A stretch of DNA of 64,000 nucleotides. Origin: Thermoanaerobaculia bacterium (GTDB lineage Bacteria; Acidobacteriota; Thermoanaerobaculia; Gp7-AA8). Both the position numbers and the translations under genes were made by a program. Below are positions 37,858 to 50,105 of this stretch, piece by piece. The DNA lies in NCBI GenBank assembly GCA_035525285.1, contig DATLFB010000120.1, positions 53,149 through 117,148 of the forward strand, written 5' to 3'. Every line of letters begins with the position of its first letter. The stretch's first letter is position 1. Below the pieces are notes generated by a model, which was not told the DNA's origin, did not search any database, and worked only from the letters and a program-made list of their open reading frames with translations.

Positions 37858-40833
37858 TTACCGCGTCAACGTCAACCGCACGGTGAACGTCGAGCCCGCG
37901 CCTTCCTCGCTCTCGACGGTAATCGCGCCGCTGTGGGCTTCGATGATCGCGCGGGCGATGTAGAGGCCGAGGCCGAGGCCGCCGTAGTAGCGGCTCGAGA
38001 CGTTGCGCGCGCGGTGGAAGCGCTCGAAGAGCCGCGGGATCTCGTCCTTCGGGATGCCGATCCCGCGGTCGATCACCGACGTCAACGCGTGCCCGTCGTC
38101 GATCGCAATGCACACGAAGATGTCGGTGCCGTCGGGCGAGTACTTGATCGCGTTCGACAGAAGGTTGTCGACGACCTGGCGCATGCGGTCGGGATCGGCG
38201 ACGACGATCGTCTCAGGCGTCTGCGCGTCGAACGCGATCACGCGTCCCGGATACTGCACGCGGAACGCGGAGACCCGGCCGTCGATGAACTCGACCCATC
38301 GGATCGGCTGCTGATGGATCTGCAGGCGATTCGTCTCGATGCGCGACACGTCGAGCAGCTCGGAGATCAGTCCCATCATCCGCTCGATCTCGCCGAGAAC
38401 CGCATCGAAGTACGTCGAGCGCTCGACCGGCGCGAGATCGTTCACGGTCTGCGAGAGGAGCTGCGTATATCCCTTGATCGTCGTCAGCGGCGTGCGCAGC
38501 TCGTGCGATGCGACGGAGAGGAACTCGTCCTTCTTGCGATCGAGCTCCTGCAGCGCGGTGATGTCGCGGATGACGAGCACCGCTCCGACGACGCCTTCGC
38601 TGACGATCGGCGCCGCGGCGATCGAGAGATCGCGATCGGCTCCCGTGAGGAGGTGCCGTCCGATGGCGAGGTAGTCGGGAACGGTCTCTCCCGCGAGCGC
38701 ACGCGCGTACGGCATGTCCTGCAGCGCAACGACATGTCCCTCCGAGTCGCGCAGATGGAGCTTCTCGAACGACCCATGCTCGATCGCCTCGGCGCGCGAC
38801 GCGAGCCCGAACATGTTCAGCGCGGCCTGGTTCACATCGACGACCGCACCGTGCGCGTCGTACACCCAGAGTCCGTCGGTCATCGATCCGAGGATCGAGT
38901 CGAGGCGCGCCGAGCGCTCGGCCATCATGCTGGCCAGGTTCTCGATCTCGCGCCGCGCGCGCACCTGATCGCTGACGTCCTGAACGAGGATCGTCAGGCT
39001 CTGGGTGATGCCGGAGAAGCGCCCGCGCGCCGCGGAAATGATGCGGTTCACGTACGCACCGCCGACCTCGAGCTCCGTGTCGATGCGCGTTTCGGCCGTC
39101 TCGGCGACCGACTTGAGAATGCGCTCGAGTCCGGGCAACACTTCGGCGACGCGGAGATCGACGACTTTCGTGTCGAACTTGACCCTTCCGAATCGCGACG
39201 CGAAATCGAGGAAGCGCGCGTTGGCGAGCTCGAATCGCAGCTCGTCGGCGGAGATGACGGCGATGCCGATGGGTGCCGACTCGAGCACAGCCTCGAAGCG
39301 CACGCGCGCATCGACCTCGCGCCGCGCGAGCTCTTCCGCGGCGCGGTGGCCGTCCTGGGCGATGCGCGTGAGGCGATGAATGTGGCTCGCCGCGCCGATT
39401 CGTTCCGCGATCGACTGCGCGAACTCGAGATCCTCGGCGTCGAAGTTGCGCCGCGGATCGGACTGCGAGATCACGATGACGCCGATGCGCTCGCCGTACG
39501 ACTCGATCGGACAGGCCACGAGACTCTCTTCGTGCAGGGCCGCATTGACGGCGCGCTCTTCCGCGTCGCGCGCGTAGTCCAGCAGCGCGTCGCCGCGCAC
39601 CTCGAAGAAAAGCAGCGGCCGGCCGATGTGGAAGACCGTGCCGGTGATTCCTTCGGCGGGGCGATACGGATTCGTCTCGAAGTAGCCACGGTGCTGGTCG
39701 ATGCTCTTGTCGACGGCGGCGAAGCCGACGAGATCCAGCATGCCCGAAGCCGGGTGGTAGAGATAGATGCGCACCGAGCCGGCGACGGCGTGGGCGACGC
39801 GCGCGGCCGTCTCGTCGAGATTCTCGAAAGTCGGCTGGGCCGCGACCATCTCGAGGCCGAGGTTCGCGAGACATTCGGCGCGCCTTCGCCGCCACGCTTC
39901 GCGCTCCGCATTCGCCCGCTCCTCGGTGATGTCGCGCGAGAGCACGACCGAGCCGATGATGCGTCCGTCCTGATCGCGGATCGGAGCCGCCTTCAGATTG
40001 ACCACGCGCTCGTCGGCGCTCCGCGCGTCGTGCACGATGTAGTCCGACTTGACCGTGTCGCCCTGCAGCGCGCGCATCGACGGCAACTCCTCCGCCGACA
40101 ACGCCCGGCCGTCGAGATAGTGCGTGCGCGGACGCGCGTGACCGTCGGCGTCCGGCGCGAAAAGCACGGCCGGCTCGCGCTGCGCGGCGGCATTCATCCG
40201 CTCGAGGCGTCCCGTCGCGTCGTAGATCGCCGCCGACTCCGGAATCTGGTCGAGGATCGCGTTCACTTTCGCCATCTCGCGGACGGCGCGGTTGTGCAGC
40301 AGCGTGTTGTTCAGCGCGATCGTCGCGTAGCGCCCGATCTCGGTGAAGAGCGAGATCTCGTCTTCCGTCCACTGGCGCGGCGTGTCGCACTGATGAAGCC
40401 CGAATGCCCACGGCTCCTCCAGGCGCGGCCGGAGAACCTGGATCATCGCCGAGCGCACCTGAAACCGCGTCGCGAGTCCGGCATCGAGGTCAGGATCGCC
40501 TTCGACGGCGATGATCGGGCGCGCCGCGACCATCGCGCGGCGGATCAGGCCCTGCGCCGGCGCGAGCGGGATCGGACTCTTGTCCTGCAGGTCGCCTTCA
40601 TGACCGGGACTCGAGACGATGTACGCGATGCGCGCGTACTCCGCCTGCTCGCTGACCGGATGGAGCAGCCACGCGCGATCGGCGCCGAATTCCTCGCGCG
40701 TGATGGCGACGATCCGCCGCAGCACTTCGCGCAACTCGAGCGTGCCGGTGAACGCCTCGAGGATGGAGGACAGGAACCGATAACGCTCCGCGGCGGCACG
40801 CTCCGCGCCCACGCTGAGAACCTGATTGGCCAT
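37858..40833 (-). CDS. Multi-sensor histidine kinase (several GAF/PAS domains, HisKA, HATPase_c), cytoplasmic
   Basis: H-box SVASHELRTPLTTIKGY; G-box GGLGLGLYIARAIIEAHSGAITVESEEGAGSTFTV; at least 4 PAS/GAF modules. Confidence 0.8.
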   Translation of the reverse strand: MANQVLSVGAERAAAERYRFLSSILEAFTGTLELREVLRRIVAITREEFGADRAWLLHPVSEQAEYARIAYIVSSPGHEGDLQDKSPIPLAPAQGLIRRAMVAARPIIAVEGDPDLDAGLATRFQVRSAMIQVLRPRLEEPWAFGLHQCDTPRQWTEDEISLFTEIGRYATIALNNTLLHNRAVREMAKVNAILDQIPESAAIYDATGRLERMNAAAQREPAVLFAPDADGHARPRTHYLDGRALSAEELPSMRALQGDTVKSDYIVHDARSADERVVNLKAAPIRDQDGRIIGSVVLSRDITEERANAEREAWRRRRAECLANLGLEMVAAQPTFENLDETAARVAHAVAGSVRIYLYHPASGMLDLVGFAAVDKSIDQHRGYFETNPYRPAEGITGTVFHIGRPLLFFEVRGDALLDYARDAEERAVNAALHEESLVACPIESYGERIGVIVISQSDPRRNFDAEDLEFAQSIAERIGAASHIHRLTRIAQDGHRAAEELARREVDARVRFEAVLESAPIGIAVISADELRFELANARFLDFASRFGRVKFDTKVVDLRVAEVLPGLERILKSVAETAETRIDTELEVGGAYVNRIISAARGRFSGITQSLTILVQDVSDQVRARREIENLASMMAERSARLDSILGSMTDGLWVYDAHGAVVDVNQAALNMFGLASRAEAIEHGSFEKLHLRDSEGHVVALQDMPYARALAGETVPDYLAIGRHLLTGADRDLSIAAAPIVSEGVVGAVLVIRDITALQELDRKKDEFLSVASHELRTPLTTIKGYTQLLSQTVNDLAPVERSTYFDAVLGEIERMMGLISELLDVSRIETNRLQIHQQPIRWVEFIDGRVSAFRVQYPGRVIAFDAQTPETIVVADPDRMRQVVDNLLSNAIKYSPDGTDIFVCIAIDDGHALTSVIDRGIGIPKDEIPRLFERFHRARNVSSRYYGGLGLGLYIARAIIEAHSGAITVESEEGAGSTFTVRLTLTR

Positions 40834-40858
40834 TGGGCTTCCGAAGTCATGCTAACAG

Positions 40859-40912
40859 AGGAGGGCGGACGTCTCGTCCGCCAATTGAAGGCGGACGGGA
40901 CGTCCGCCCTCC
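40859..40912. repeat. Family A repeat between the sensor-kinase start and mazG
   Basis: GGAGGGCGGACGTCTCGTCCGCC…GGCGGACGGGACGTCCGCCCTCC. Confidence 0.8.
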
Positions 40913-40918
40913 TTCTAG

Positions 40919-41711
40919 AATGCAGCGCATGGCGAAACGCACCTTCGACGATCTCGTGCAACTCATGACGACCCTGCGCGGCCCGAACGGATGTCCGTGG
41001 GACCGCAAGCAGACCCTGCCGGATCTGAAGCCGTACGTCATCGAGGAGGCGTACGAAGTCGTCGATGCGATCGATCGCGACGACCGCGCCGCGCTGCTCG
41101 AAGAAGTGGGCGACCTGCTGCTCGAAGCGGTCTTCATCGCCGAGATCACGCGTGACGAAGGAACGTTCGACGTCTACGACTCGATCACCGCGATTCACGA
41201 CAAGCTCGTGCGCCGTCACCCGCACGTCTTCGCCGACGTCGTCGCGGACGACGCGGAACAGGTGCTCGTGAACTGGGAGAAGCTCAAGAGCGCGGAGCGG
41301 AAGGCGGAGAACAAGAGCGTGCTCTCCGGCGTGCCGCGATCGCTGCCCGCGCTGCTCAAAGCGTCGCGGCTGACGGAGAAAGCGGCGCGGGTCGGCTTCG
41401 ACTGGCGGCGCACCGCGGACGTGTTCGACAAGCTCGATGAGGAGATCGTCGAGCTGCGCGAGGCGGTCGTGTCGGGCGAGACCGCGAAAATCGAGGACGA
41501 GCTGGGCGATCTGCTCTTCACCATCGCGAACATCGCCCGCAAGGTGAACGTGAACGCGGAGGAAGCCCTGCAGTCGACGAATCGGAAGTTCATGAGCCGC
41601 TTCGAGGCGATGGAGTCGCGCGTCCACGCGCGCGGCCAGAATCTCGATCAGCTCACGCTCGAGGAGATGGACAAGCTGTGGGACGAGGCAAAAGCCGCCG
41701 AGCGGGCCTGA
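40919..41711 (+). CDS. mazG: Nucleoside triphosphate pyrophosphohydrolase MazG
   Basis: Tandem MazG motifs EEAYEVVDAI...EEVGDLLLE and EEIVELREAV...DELGDLLF. Confidence 0.85.
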
Positions 41712-41992
41712 TCGCCGCGCTGCTCCTCGCGATCGTGATCGGACACGATCTGTCGGTCGCGAATCATCGTGGCTTCGCCGCGCGCGCCGCGATCTTCGCC
41801 ATCGATGAGTATCGCGCGCACGTCTCGCCGCATCTGCGCGGCCGCGTCTTCTGCCGCTTCAAGCCTTCCTGCTCGGCTTACGGCCGCGAGTCGATCCGGA
41901 AGCACGGCTTCGCGAAGGGCGGGGCAAAGACGGCGTGGCGGATCGCGAGATGCGGCCCCTGGACGAAGCAGGGGACGATCGACCCGCCGTAA
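41678..41992 (+). CDS. yidD: Membrane protein insertion efficiency factor YidD
   Basis: CRFKPSCSAYGRESIRKHG (YidD PF01809 signature). Start overlaps the mazG end; exact start uncertain. Confidence 0.7.
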   Translation: MGRGKSRRAGLIAALLLAIVIGHDLSVANHRGFAARAAIFAIDEYRAHVSPHLRGRVFCRFKPSCSAYGRESIRKHGFAKGGAKTAWRIARCGPWTKQGTIDPP

Positions 41993-42672
41993 GAGGAGGG
42001 CGGACGTCCCGTCCGCCCGGGCGGACAGGATGTCCGCCCTCCTCCGAGCTCGGACACAAATCCTCGACCACGCATTCCGCACACAACGGCTTACGCGCAA
42101 TACAAGTCTGCCGCCCATGAAAAATCAGCCGGTGCGCCAAGATGGTCCACTCCTCGCGCGGCAGAAGCGCCATCAGATCCGCTTCGATCTTCACCGGATC
42201 CGCTTCCTTCGAGAGCCCCAACCGCCCCGACACCCGCGCGACATGCGTATCGACGACGACGCCGGCGCTGATCCCGAACGCATTGCCGAGAACGACGTTC
42301 GCGGTCTTGCGTCCGACGCCCGGCAGCGCCGTCAGCTCGTCCATCGTGCGCGGCACTTCGCCGCCGTGCCGCTCGACGATCCGCCTGCGCGCACGCGATC
42401 ACCGCCTTCGCCTTGTTGCGGAAGAATCCCGTCTGCCGCACGTCCTTCTCCATCTCCACCTGGCTGGCGTTCGCGAACGCGCGCGGATCGGGATACTTTC
42501 GAAAGAGCGACTTCGTCACGATGTTCACGCGCGCGTCGGTCGACTGCGCGGAGAGAATCGTCGCGATCAGCAGCTCGAACGCGTTCGTGTAGTCGAGCGC
42601 GCACTTCGCGTCGGGATGTCGCTTCGCGAGTCGCTCGTTCACCTCGCGGGCGCGGGCTTTCAGATCGGCCAT
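41859..42672 (-). pseudogene. nth: Endonuclease III (nth) with one internal frameshift near 42385 and a 3' extension through a family A repeat
   Basis: N-part (frame of ORF 42091-42858): ...LLIATILSAQSTDARVN...GFFRNKAKAVIACAQ. C-part (frame of ORF 41859-42356): MDELTALPGVGRKTANVV...CIARKPLCAECVVEDLC. Direct re-translation shows a single-nucleotide shift at GCG-GAT-CGT. Confidence 0.7.
41994..42043. repeat. Family A repeat (variant right half GGCGGACAGGATGTCCGCC) at the yidD stop / nth 3' end
   Basis: TAA of yidD lies immediately 5' of the repeat; the nth ORF reads through it. Confidence 0.8.
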
Positions 42673-42691
42673 AACGTCATAGAATCCTCTC

Positions 42692-44359
<1,668 letters not shown>

Positions 44360-44383
44360 TCAGCCAGTAAGGACTGAACAAGT

Positions 44384-44492
44384 TGTCATTCCGAGCGTGA
44401 GCGAGGAACCTGAGTGGGCGGGAGGCGCGAGAAACGGGCATTCATGCGGCCACCCGCGCCCCCAGGTCCCTCGCTCACGCTCGGGATGACAA
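44384..44492. repeat. Family D MITE-like element after hutU
   Basis: TGTCATTCCGAGCGTGAGCGAGGAACC…GGTCCCTCGCTCACGCTCGGGATGACA. Confidence 0.85.
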
Positions 44493-44574
44493 GCAACTCC
44501 GTGCATTCGGCCGTGCACGGTCTCAGGACCGTCTGCCGGTGCAACAACATCAAATACCACCAGGAGCGCGCTGA

Positions 44575-45240
44575 TCACGGGCGCAGCTTCTCCAGCAGCT
44601 TCTTCGCCTCCGCCGCGTGCTTCGCATCCTTCACGCGCAGGTATTCCTCGAGCGCGCTGCGCCCCCTTTCGAGCTCGCACGAGCAGAACACGGAAGTCCT
44701 TCCGATCTCGTACAGCGCCTCCTCGCGCTCGCTCGCGCGCAGCGACTCCCACATCGCGAACGCCTCGTCGTACTGCCGCGTTTCCTGCGACAGCCAGCCG
44801 AGCCACTTCGCCGCGCGCGATCTCGCCGTCGCGTCGCGCGCCGTGCGAACTGCTTCACGCAGCTCCCGCCGCGCGGCGCCGTACTCTTTCCTGCGATACG
44901 CGATGTAGCCGCGCGCGAACGATCCGAGCGGCGCATCGCGGCGCGTGATCTCCGCAGCCTGCGCCTTCGCCTCGCCGACATCGCCTCCGATGATTCCCGG
45001 CGCGGTCATGTGGAAGCGCACGAGATCGATGCGCACCTCGACGTTTTCCGGATCGAGGCGCAGCGCTTCATCCAGCGCGTTCCTGATCTGCACGCCGAGG
45101 GCGAGCAGGCGGAACGGGTTCGCAGTTTGCTCTGCTTCCATCATGAGAGAGCGGGCGCGGCGGTGTTCCTGATCCGCCACACGATTCGTTGCACCGGCGG
45201 CCAGGGAAACGAATAGGATTGCCGCACACGCTGTTCTCAT
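44575..45240 (-). CDS. Secreted tetratricopeptide-repeat protein
   Basis: Signal peptide MRTACAAILFVSLAAGA; 3-4 TPR-like helical repeats. Confidence 0.55.
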   Translation of the reverse strand: MRTACAAILFVSLAAGATNRVADQEHRRARSLMMEAEQTANPFRLLALGVQIRNALDEALRLDPENVEVRIDLVRFHMTAPGIIGGDVGEAKAQAAEITRRDAPLGSFARGYIAYRRKEYGAARRELREAVRTARDATARSRAAKWLGWLSQETRQYDEAFAMWESLRASEREEALYEIGRTSVFCSCELERGRSALEEYLRVKDAKHAAEAKKLLEKLRP

Positions 45241-45314
45241 CGACTCCCCGCTCTGCATACTAGCCCGTCGGATTCCTCTGGAGGTGCATCATCGAAGCAC
45301 AGAAAAAAGACTGG

Positions 45315-46382
45315 GTGAACATTGTGTTCCTCACCCTCACGCCGATCGTCGGCATCGCCGGAACCGCCGCATGGACCTGGTACGCCGGGTTCAGCCTCTG
45401 GATGCCGGTGCTCATGTTCGTCATGTATGCCGCGGTCGGCCTCTCGATCACCGCGGGCTACCATCGGCACTTCTCGCACAAGAGCTATGAATGCTCGCGC
45501 GCGATGCAGATCTTCTACGCCGTGTTCGGCGCGCTGGCCGCGCAGAACTCGATCCTCTGGTGGTCGTCGAGCCACCGCGTGCATCACAAGTACGCGGACC
45601 GCGACTGGGATCCGTACAACATCCGCCGCGGTTTCCTGTGGGCGCACATCATCTGGATCTTCTACAAGAACGAAGAGCGTGACGACACGTTCGAGAACTC
45701 GCCCGATCTGCTCGCGAATCCGATCGTGATGTGGCAGCACCGCTGGCACAAGGAGATCATGGTCCTCGTCGGATTCGGGTTGCCCACGCTGATCGGCTTC
45801 GCGTTCGGCAATCCGCTGGCCGGACTGCTGTGGGGCGGCTTCACGCGCATCGTGGTGCTCCATCACACGACGTTTTTCGTGAACTCGCTCGCGCACACGG
45901 TCGGCAAGCCGGTGTTCAACGCCGAAGCGTCGGCGCGCGACAACTGGCTCGTCGCGGTCTTCACCCTCGGCGAAGGCTTTCACTCGTTCCATCACCGCTT
46001 CCCCGCCGACTTCCGCAACGGCATCCGCTGGTACGACTTCGATCCGGCGAAGTGGATGATCCGCGGACTGAAGAGCATCGGCCTGGCCGGCGATCTGATG
46101 ACCACGCCGCTGCCGCAGATCGAGCAGGCGCGCATGCGCGCCGCGATTCGCCTCGTCGAAACCAGGATCCAGACCGCGAGCAACAATCTGGCGGAAGAAG
46201 CGCGCCGCCGGATCAAGGTCGCGTCGAACCATCTCGAGAAGGCAATCTCGCTCTGGAAGCGCGCGCTCGAAGAGAAGGCGCAGGGCATCGCGTGGCGGAA
46301 AACGAGTCGCGCGTCGCGGCGTCACGTGCGCCACTCGCGACGGCAGTGGAAGCTCGCCGTGCGGATGCTGCAGGCGGCTTAG
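45315..46382 (+). CDS. Acyl-CoA (stearoyl-CoA type) fatty-acid desaturase
   Basis: Three His boxes HRHFSH, HRVHHKYAD, HSFHHRFP; 4 TM helices. Confidence 0.85.
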   Translation: MNIVFLTLTPIVGIAGTAAWTWYAGFSLWMPVLMFVMYAAVGLSITAGYHRHFSHKSYECSRAMQIFYAVFGALAAQNSILWWSSSHRVHHKYADRDWDPYNIRRGFLWAHIIWIFYKNEERDDTFENSPDLLANPIVMWQHRWHKEIMVLVGFGLPTLIGFAFGNPLAGLLWGGFTRIVVLHHTTFFVNSLAHTVGKPVFNAEASARDNWLVAVFTLGEGFHSFHHRFPADFRNGIRWYDFDPAKWMIRGLKSIGLAGDLMTTPLPQIEQARMRAAIRLVETRIQTASNNLAEEARRRIKVASNHLEKAISLWKRALEEKAQGIAWRKTSRASRRHVRHSRRQWKLAVRMLQAA

Positions 46383-46402
46383 GAGTCTGCGCGGCAGAAA
46401 AC

Positions 46403-46467
46403 AGTGGAGGACAGGCAATCCTGCCTGTCCTTGAAGGCCGGACAGGCAGGATTGCCTGTCCTCCACT
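46403..46467. repeat. Family B repeat (long form), intergenic between the convergent desaturase and a hypothetical gene
   Basis: Only intergenic copy of family B; terminator-like position. Confidence 0.85.
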
Positions 46468-46491
46468 ACACCATGCTGCCGGCCGTGCCGG

Positions 46492-47061
46492 CTAGCGGCT
46501 CTTCAACTTCTTCAGCGCGCGTTGTGCGTCGCGGCCCTGTCGCGGGCAGACGCAGCGCTGATCCCACACCGATCGATAAATCTCGACGGCGGCGCCGGTC
46601 TCACCGGCGTCCGCCTTCTCGCGCGCGTCGTCGAGCCGCTCGTCCGCCTCGCTCATCCGGCGATCGAGCTCCACGCGCACCATCTCCTCCACCTCGGCGA
46701 TCCTTCGCGCATCGCCGCGCGCGAGCACGGTTCCATCGGCATCCGCCAGAATCGCCGCCGGCAACTCTTCGTCGACGGCGAGCTGGTCGAGCGTCGCCCG
46801 GTCGTCCGAGCGGACCACGCGCATCGCCACGCATCGCGAGGAAAAGAACGTCAACTCGTCCGAGGTGAGCAGGTCCGAGCGGCGAAGCTCCTCCGGCGAG
46901 CCCGGGACCCAGAAAAGCACCAGCGGAGCGCGGAGGTTCTCGCCCGGCTGGATGATTTTCCACGGGACGAGCGAGACGTGAGGGGCATCGGCCGGCTGGG
47001 CGTCCAGGCCGGTCATGAGGAAGGCGACCCCGGCGACAAATAGCGCCGCGCGGTGATTCAT
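46492..47061 (-). CDS. Secreted hypothetical protein (possible thioredoxin-like fold)
   Basis: Signal-peptide-like MNHRAALFVAGVAFLMTG. The upstream part of the ORF to 47181 is probably not translated. Confidence 0.4.
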   Translation of the reverse strand: MNHRAALFVAGVAFLMTGLDAQPADAPHVSLVPWKIIQPGENLRAPLVLFWVPGSPEELRRSDLLTSDELTFFSSRCVAMRVVRSDDRATLDQLAVDEELPAAILADADGTVLARGDARRIAEVEEMVRVELDRRMSEADERLDDAREKADAGETGAAVEIYRSVWDQRCVCPRQGRDAQRALKKLKSR

Positions 47062-47167
47062 CGGGCGATCTGGCTCGGAAGTGGCCGGATTATACGCCCG
47101 GCCAGAAACACGCTCGTCCGGCCCTCGCCAGCGTAGAATCGGGTGAGGTTCGCCAGTCCATATATAC

Positions 47168-49786
47168 ATGGCCGCCCTCATGGTCGAAGAAGCCGTCCAG
47201 CAGACCTTCGGTCGCTACGTGATCCTCGGCGCCATCGGATCGGGTGGGATGGGCGAGGTGTACGCGGCGCGCGACCCGCAGCTGGGACGGCGCGTGGCGA
47301 TCAAGAAACTGCCGCTGCGCCTGACCGGCGATCGCGACACGCTCGCGCGCTTCACGCATGAGGCACGCTCGGCGTCGGCGCTCAATCATCCGAACATCGT
47401 CACCATCCACGAAGTCGGCGCCGACGAAGGCGTGCCGTACATCGTGATGGAGTACATCGACGGCACCGACCTGCGCACGCTGATCAACGAGGGTCCGCTG
47501 CCCATCCGCAAAGTGCTCGACATCGCGGCGCAGATCGCGGACGGCCTCGCCGCCGCGCACGAGCGCGGGATCGTGCATCGCGATCTGAAGCCCGAGAACA
47601 TCATGCTCACGCGCGACGGCTTCGTGAAGGTTCTCGACTTCGGCCTCGCGAAGATGGTCGCGACCTCGGCCGATGCCGAGAACACGCTGGAGCTCGATCT
47701 CCCCGGCACGAATCCGGGAACGATTCTCGGCACGGTGGGCTACATGTCGCCGGAGCAGGCGATGGGCAAGCGCCTCGACTTCCGCTCCGATCAGTTCGCG
47801 CTCGGCGCGATCATCCACGAGCTCGTGAGCAGCAAGCCGGCGTTCGAGGCGGAGAACGCGATCGATACGCTGTCGGCGATTCTCCATCACGTGCCGGCGC
47901 CGGTCGGCCACTTCAATTCGCGTGCGCCCGTGCAGCTTTCGGACATCGTGCAGCGCCTGCTCGACAAGTCGCCCGAGGGGCGGTACGTGTCGACGCGCGA
48001 TCTCGCGCGCGAGATCCGCCTGCTGCGCGACCGGGTGGTCGCGGAGGAGAGCGGGTATCACTCGAGCGCGGAGAAAGTGGCCGCGCCGCGCCCGCGCGCC
48101 ACGCCTGCGATCGTCGCCGCCATCGCGCTCGCCCTCTTTCTCGTTGGCGTGTTCATCGTGACGGGCCGCCGCGAACCGTCGTCGCCGCAGCAGACTGCCG
48201 CCGTCGCCGCGCCGAAGAAATATCTCGCCGTCCTCCGCTTCCAGGATCTCAGCGGAGAGCCGAACGGCCAGCTCGTGGTGGACGGGTTCGCGGAGACGCT
48301 GACCGCGCGCCTGGCGCACTTCCCGACAGTCCAGGTGATGCGCCCGCAAACCGCGGCGCCCGAACCGACAACCACCGACCCCCGCAAGTTCGCCCGCGAC
48401 CTCGGCGCGAACCTGGTCCTGACCGGCTCGATGATGCGCGCCGGCGACCGCATCCGCGTGACGTACACGGTGGTCGAGACCCAGCCCAACGGCCGCGAAT
48501 GGCGCGACCTGGTCGAAGGAAATGTGGCGGATCTCTTCGCGGTGCAGGACGACGTCGCCGAGAGCGTGGCCCGGAATCTCGATCTCGGCGCTACCCCCGC
48601 CCGCCCGCCGCTCGATCCCGCCGTGTCGCAGCGGCGCTACCTCGAAGCGCTCGGACATCTGCGGCGGTATGACAGCGAGCAGTCGCTCGACAGCGCGATC
48701 GGGATTTTGAAGGGGCTGGGGGAGTCACCCTCGGTGCAGGCGGTTCTGGCGAGGGGGTACTTATATAAGTTCCAGATTACTCGCGAACCTGAGCTTGCTG
48801 CGGCAGCGAATACGGCAGCGGAAAGTGCTCTCCAGGCCGACCCTCAGAGCATCGACGTCAACATTACGCTTGGTGAACTGCGACGCCGCACGGGCCGATA
48901 CAAGGAGGCAGTCGACGCGTTCGTCCGGGTACTTTCGCAGCACCCAAACAACGCAGATGCGGTCCTGGGTCTAGCTGAAACGCATAAAGCGGCTGGCGAT
49001 GTGGCCAACGCAGAACAAGCGTACCGTCGCGCTATCGGACTGCAACCTAACTCGTGGAGTGCGTACAACAAACTCGGCGCGTTTTACTTCAACCAAGGTC
49101 GCTTTTCCGCGAGCATTCCACTTTTCCAGAAGGTCGTCACTCTCGTGCCCGACAACGAGCGCGGTTACAACAACCTGGGTGGCGCCTACCAGCGTTTAGG
49201 TCGCTACGAGGAGGCCGTTCACGTATTTAGCCAGTCAATCGCGCGCGCGCCCTCCGGACAGGGATACACAAATCTCGGAACGTCCTACTACTTCGCAGGT
49301 CGGTATAGAGAAGCCGCCGACGCATTTGAAAAGGCAATCGAACTCACGCCACACAAGTTTCTGTATTGGCGGAATCTCGGTGATGCTTACCGCTGGATTC
49401 CTGGCCAGGAGGTAAGCGCCAGACGTGCATACGAGCGAGCCATCGCACTGTGCGACGAAGCGATCCGCCTGAACCCAAAAGAAGCGCGCGCATACATGTC
49501 TCGCGCAAGCGCTCTCGCTAAGCTTGGCCGCACGCGAGAGGCACGTACGGCGATTCTCCACGCACTCGAGCTCGAACCGCAGTACGCTGCGAACGCTTAT
49601 GAAGCAGCGGTTGTCGCAAACATCGCCGGCTCCGAGGAAGACGCTACGGCACGCATCGAACAAGCGCTCCGTCTCGGATATCACGCCGATCACATCCTGC
49701 GAGACCCCGAGTTTGCCAATCTCAGAAAAAGCGGTAGGCTGCAAGCGATAATTGCGGGGTTCCGGTCCAAAACCTCGCCTCGGTAA
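47168..49786 (+). CDS. Serine/threonine protein kinase with one TM segment and a C-terminal TPR-repeat domain
   Basis: GSGGMGEVY...VAIK...[11 protein letters not shown]...DFGLAK...GTVGYMSPE; [19 protein letters not shown]; at least 7 TPR units. The 3' 1 kb has markedly lower GC. Confidence 0.85.
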   Translation: MAALMVEEAVQQTFGRYVILGAIGSGGMGEVYAARDPQLGRRVAIKKLPLRLTGDRDTLARFTHEARSASALNHPNIVTIHEVGADEGVPYIVMEYIDGTDLRTLINEGPLPIRKVLDIAAQIADGLAAAHERGIVHRDLKPENIMLTRDGFVKVLDFGLAKMVATSADAENTLELDLPGTNPGTILGTVGYMSPEQAMGKRLDFRSDQFALGAIIHELVSSKPAFEAENAIDTLSAILHHVPAPVGHFNSRAPVQLSDIVQRLLDKSPEGRYVSTRDLAREIRLLRDRVVAEESGYHSSAEKVAAPRPRATPAIVAAIALALFLVGVFIVTGRREPSSPQQTAAVAAPKKYLAVLRFQDLSGEPNGQLVVDGFAETLTARLAHFPTVQVMRPQTAAPEPTTTDPRKFARDLGANLVLTGSMMRAGDRIRVTYTVVETQPNGREWRDLVEGNVADLFAVQDDVAESVARNLDLGATPARPPLDPAVSQRRYLEALGHLRRYDSEQSLDSAIGILKGLGESPSVQAVLARGYLYKFQITREPELAAAANTAAESALQADPQSIDVNITLGELRRRTGRYKEAVDAFVRVLSQHPNNADAVLGLAETHKAAGDVANAEQAYRRAIGLQPNSWSAYNKLGAFYFNQGRFSASIPLFQKVVTLVPDNERGYNNLGGAYQRLGRYEEAVHVFSQSIARAPSGQGYTNLGTSYYFAGRYREAADAFEKAIELTPHKFLYWRNLGDAYRWIPGQEVSARRAYERAIALCDEAIRLNPKEARAYMSRASALAKLGRTREARTAILHALELEPQYAANAYEAAVVANIAGSEEDATARIEQALRLGYHADHILRDPEFANLRKSGRLQAIIAGFRSKTSPR

Positions 49787-49805
49787 ATAGAGAGGAGGTC
49801 TAGCC

Positions 49806-50105
49806 ATGGCTAATGAGCACCCAGATAAGGTCGTTCGCGTTACCCTTAATGACAAGGGGCTTGCCGTTCCTGACAGCGACCCCGTCAGAGTCAAGAAAGA
49901 CACGCAGAAAGTGAAGTGGGGCGCAGAGTTTCCATTCTCCATCGAGATTTCTGGCGCATCATCGATGCGGTCCGGCGGAAACGACCAGGAATTTTCACAC
50001 GTCGTCAAAAGCGGAACTTTCGATCGTCCGGCCGGGACACGTATCAAGTATTCGATTACGGCAAACGGTCAGACGAACGATCCAGATCTCGAAATCGAAC
50101 CGTGA
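49806..50105 (+). CDS. Hypothetical small protein within the low-GC island
   Basis: Strong SD GAGGAGG 7 nt upstream of ATG; no recognised domain. Confidence 0.4.
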   Translation: MANEHPDKVVRVTLNDKGLAVPDSDPVRVKKDTQKVKWGAEFPFSIEISGASSMRSGGNDQEFSHVVKSGTFDRPAGTRIKYSITANGQTNDPDLEIEP

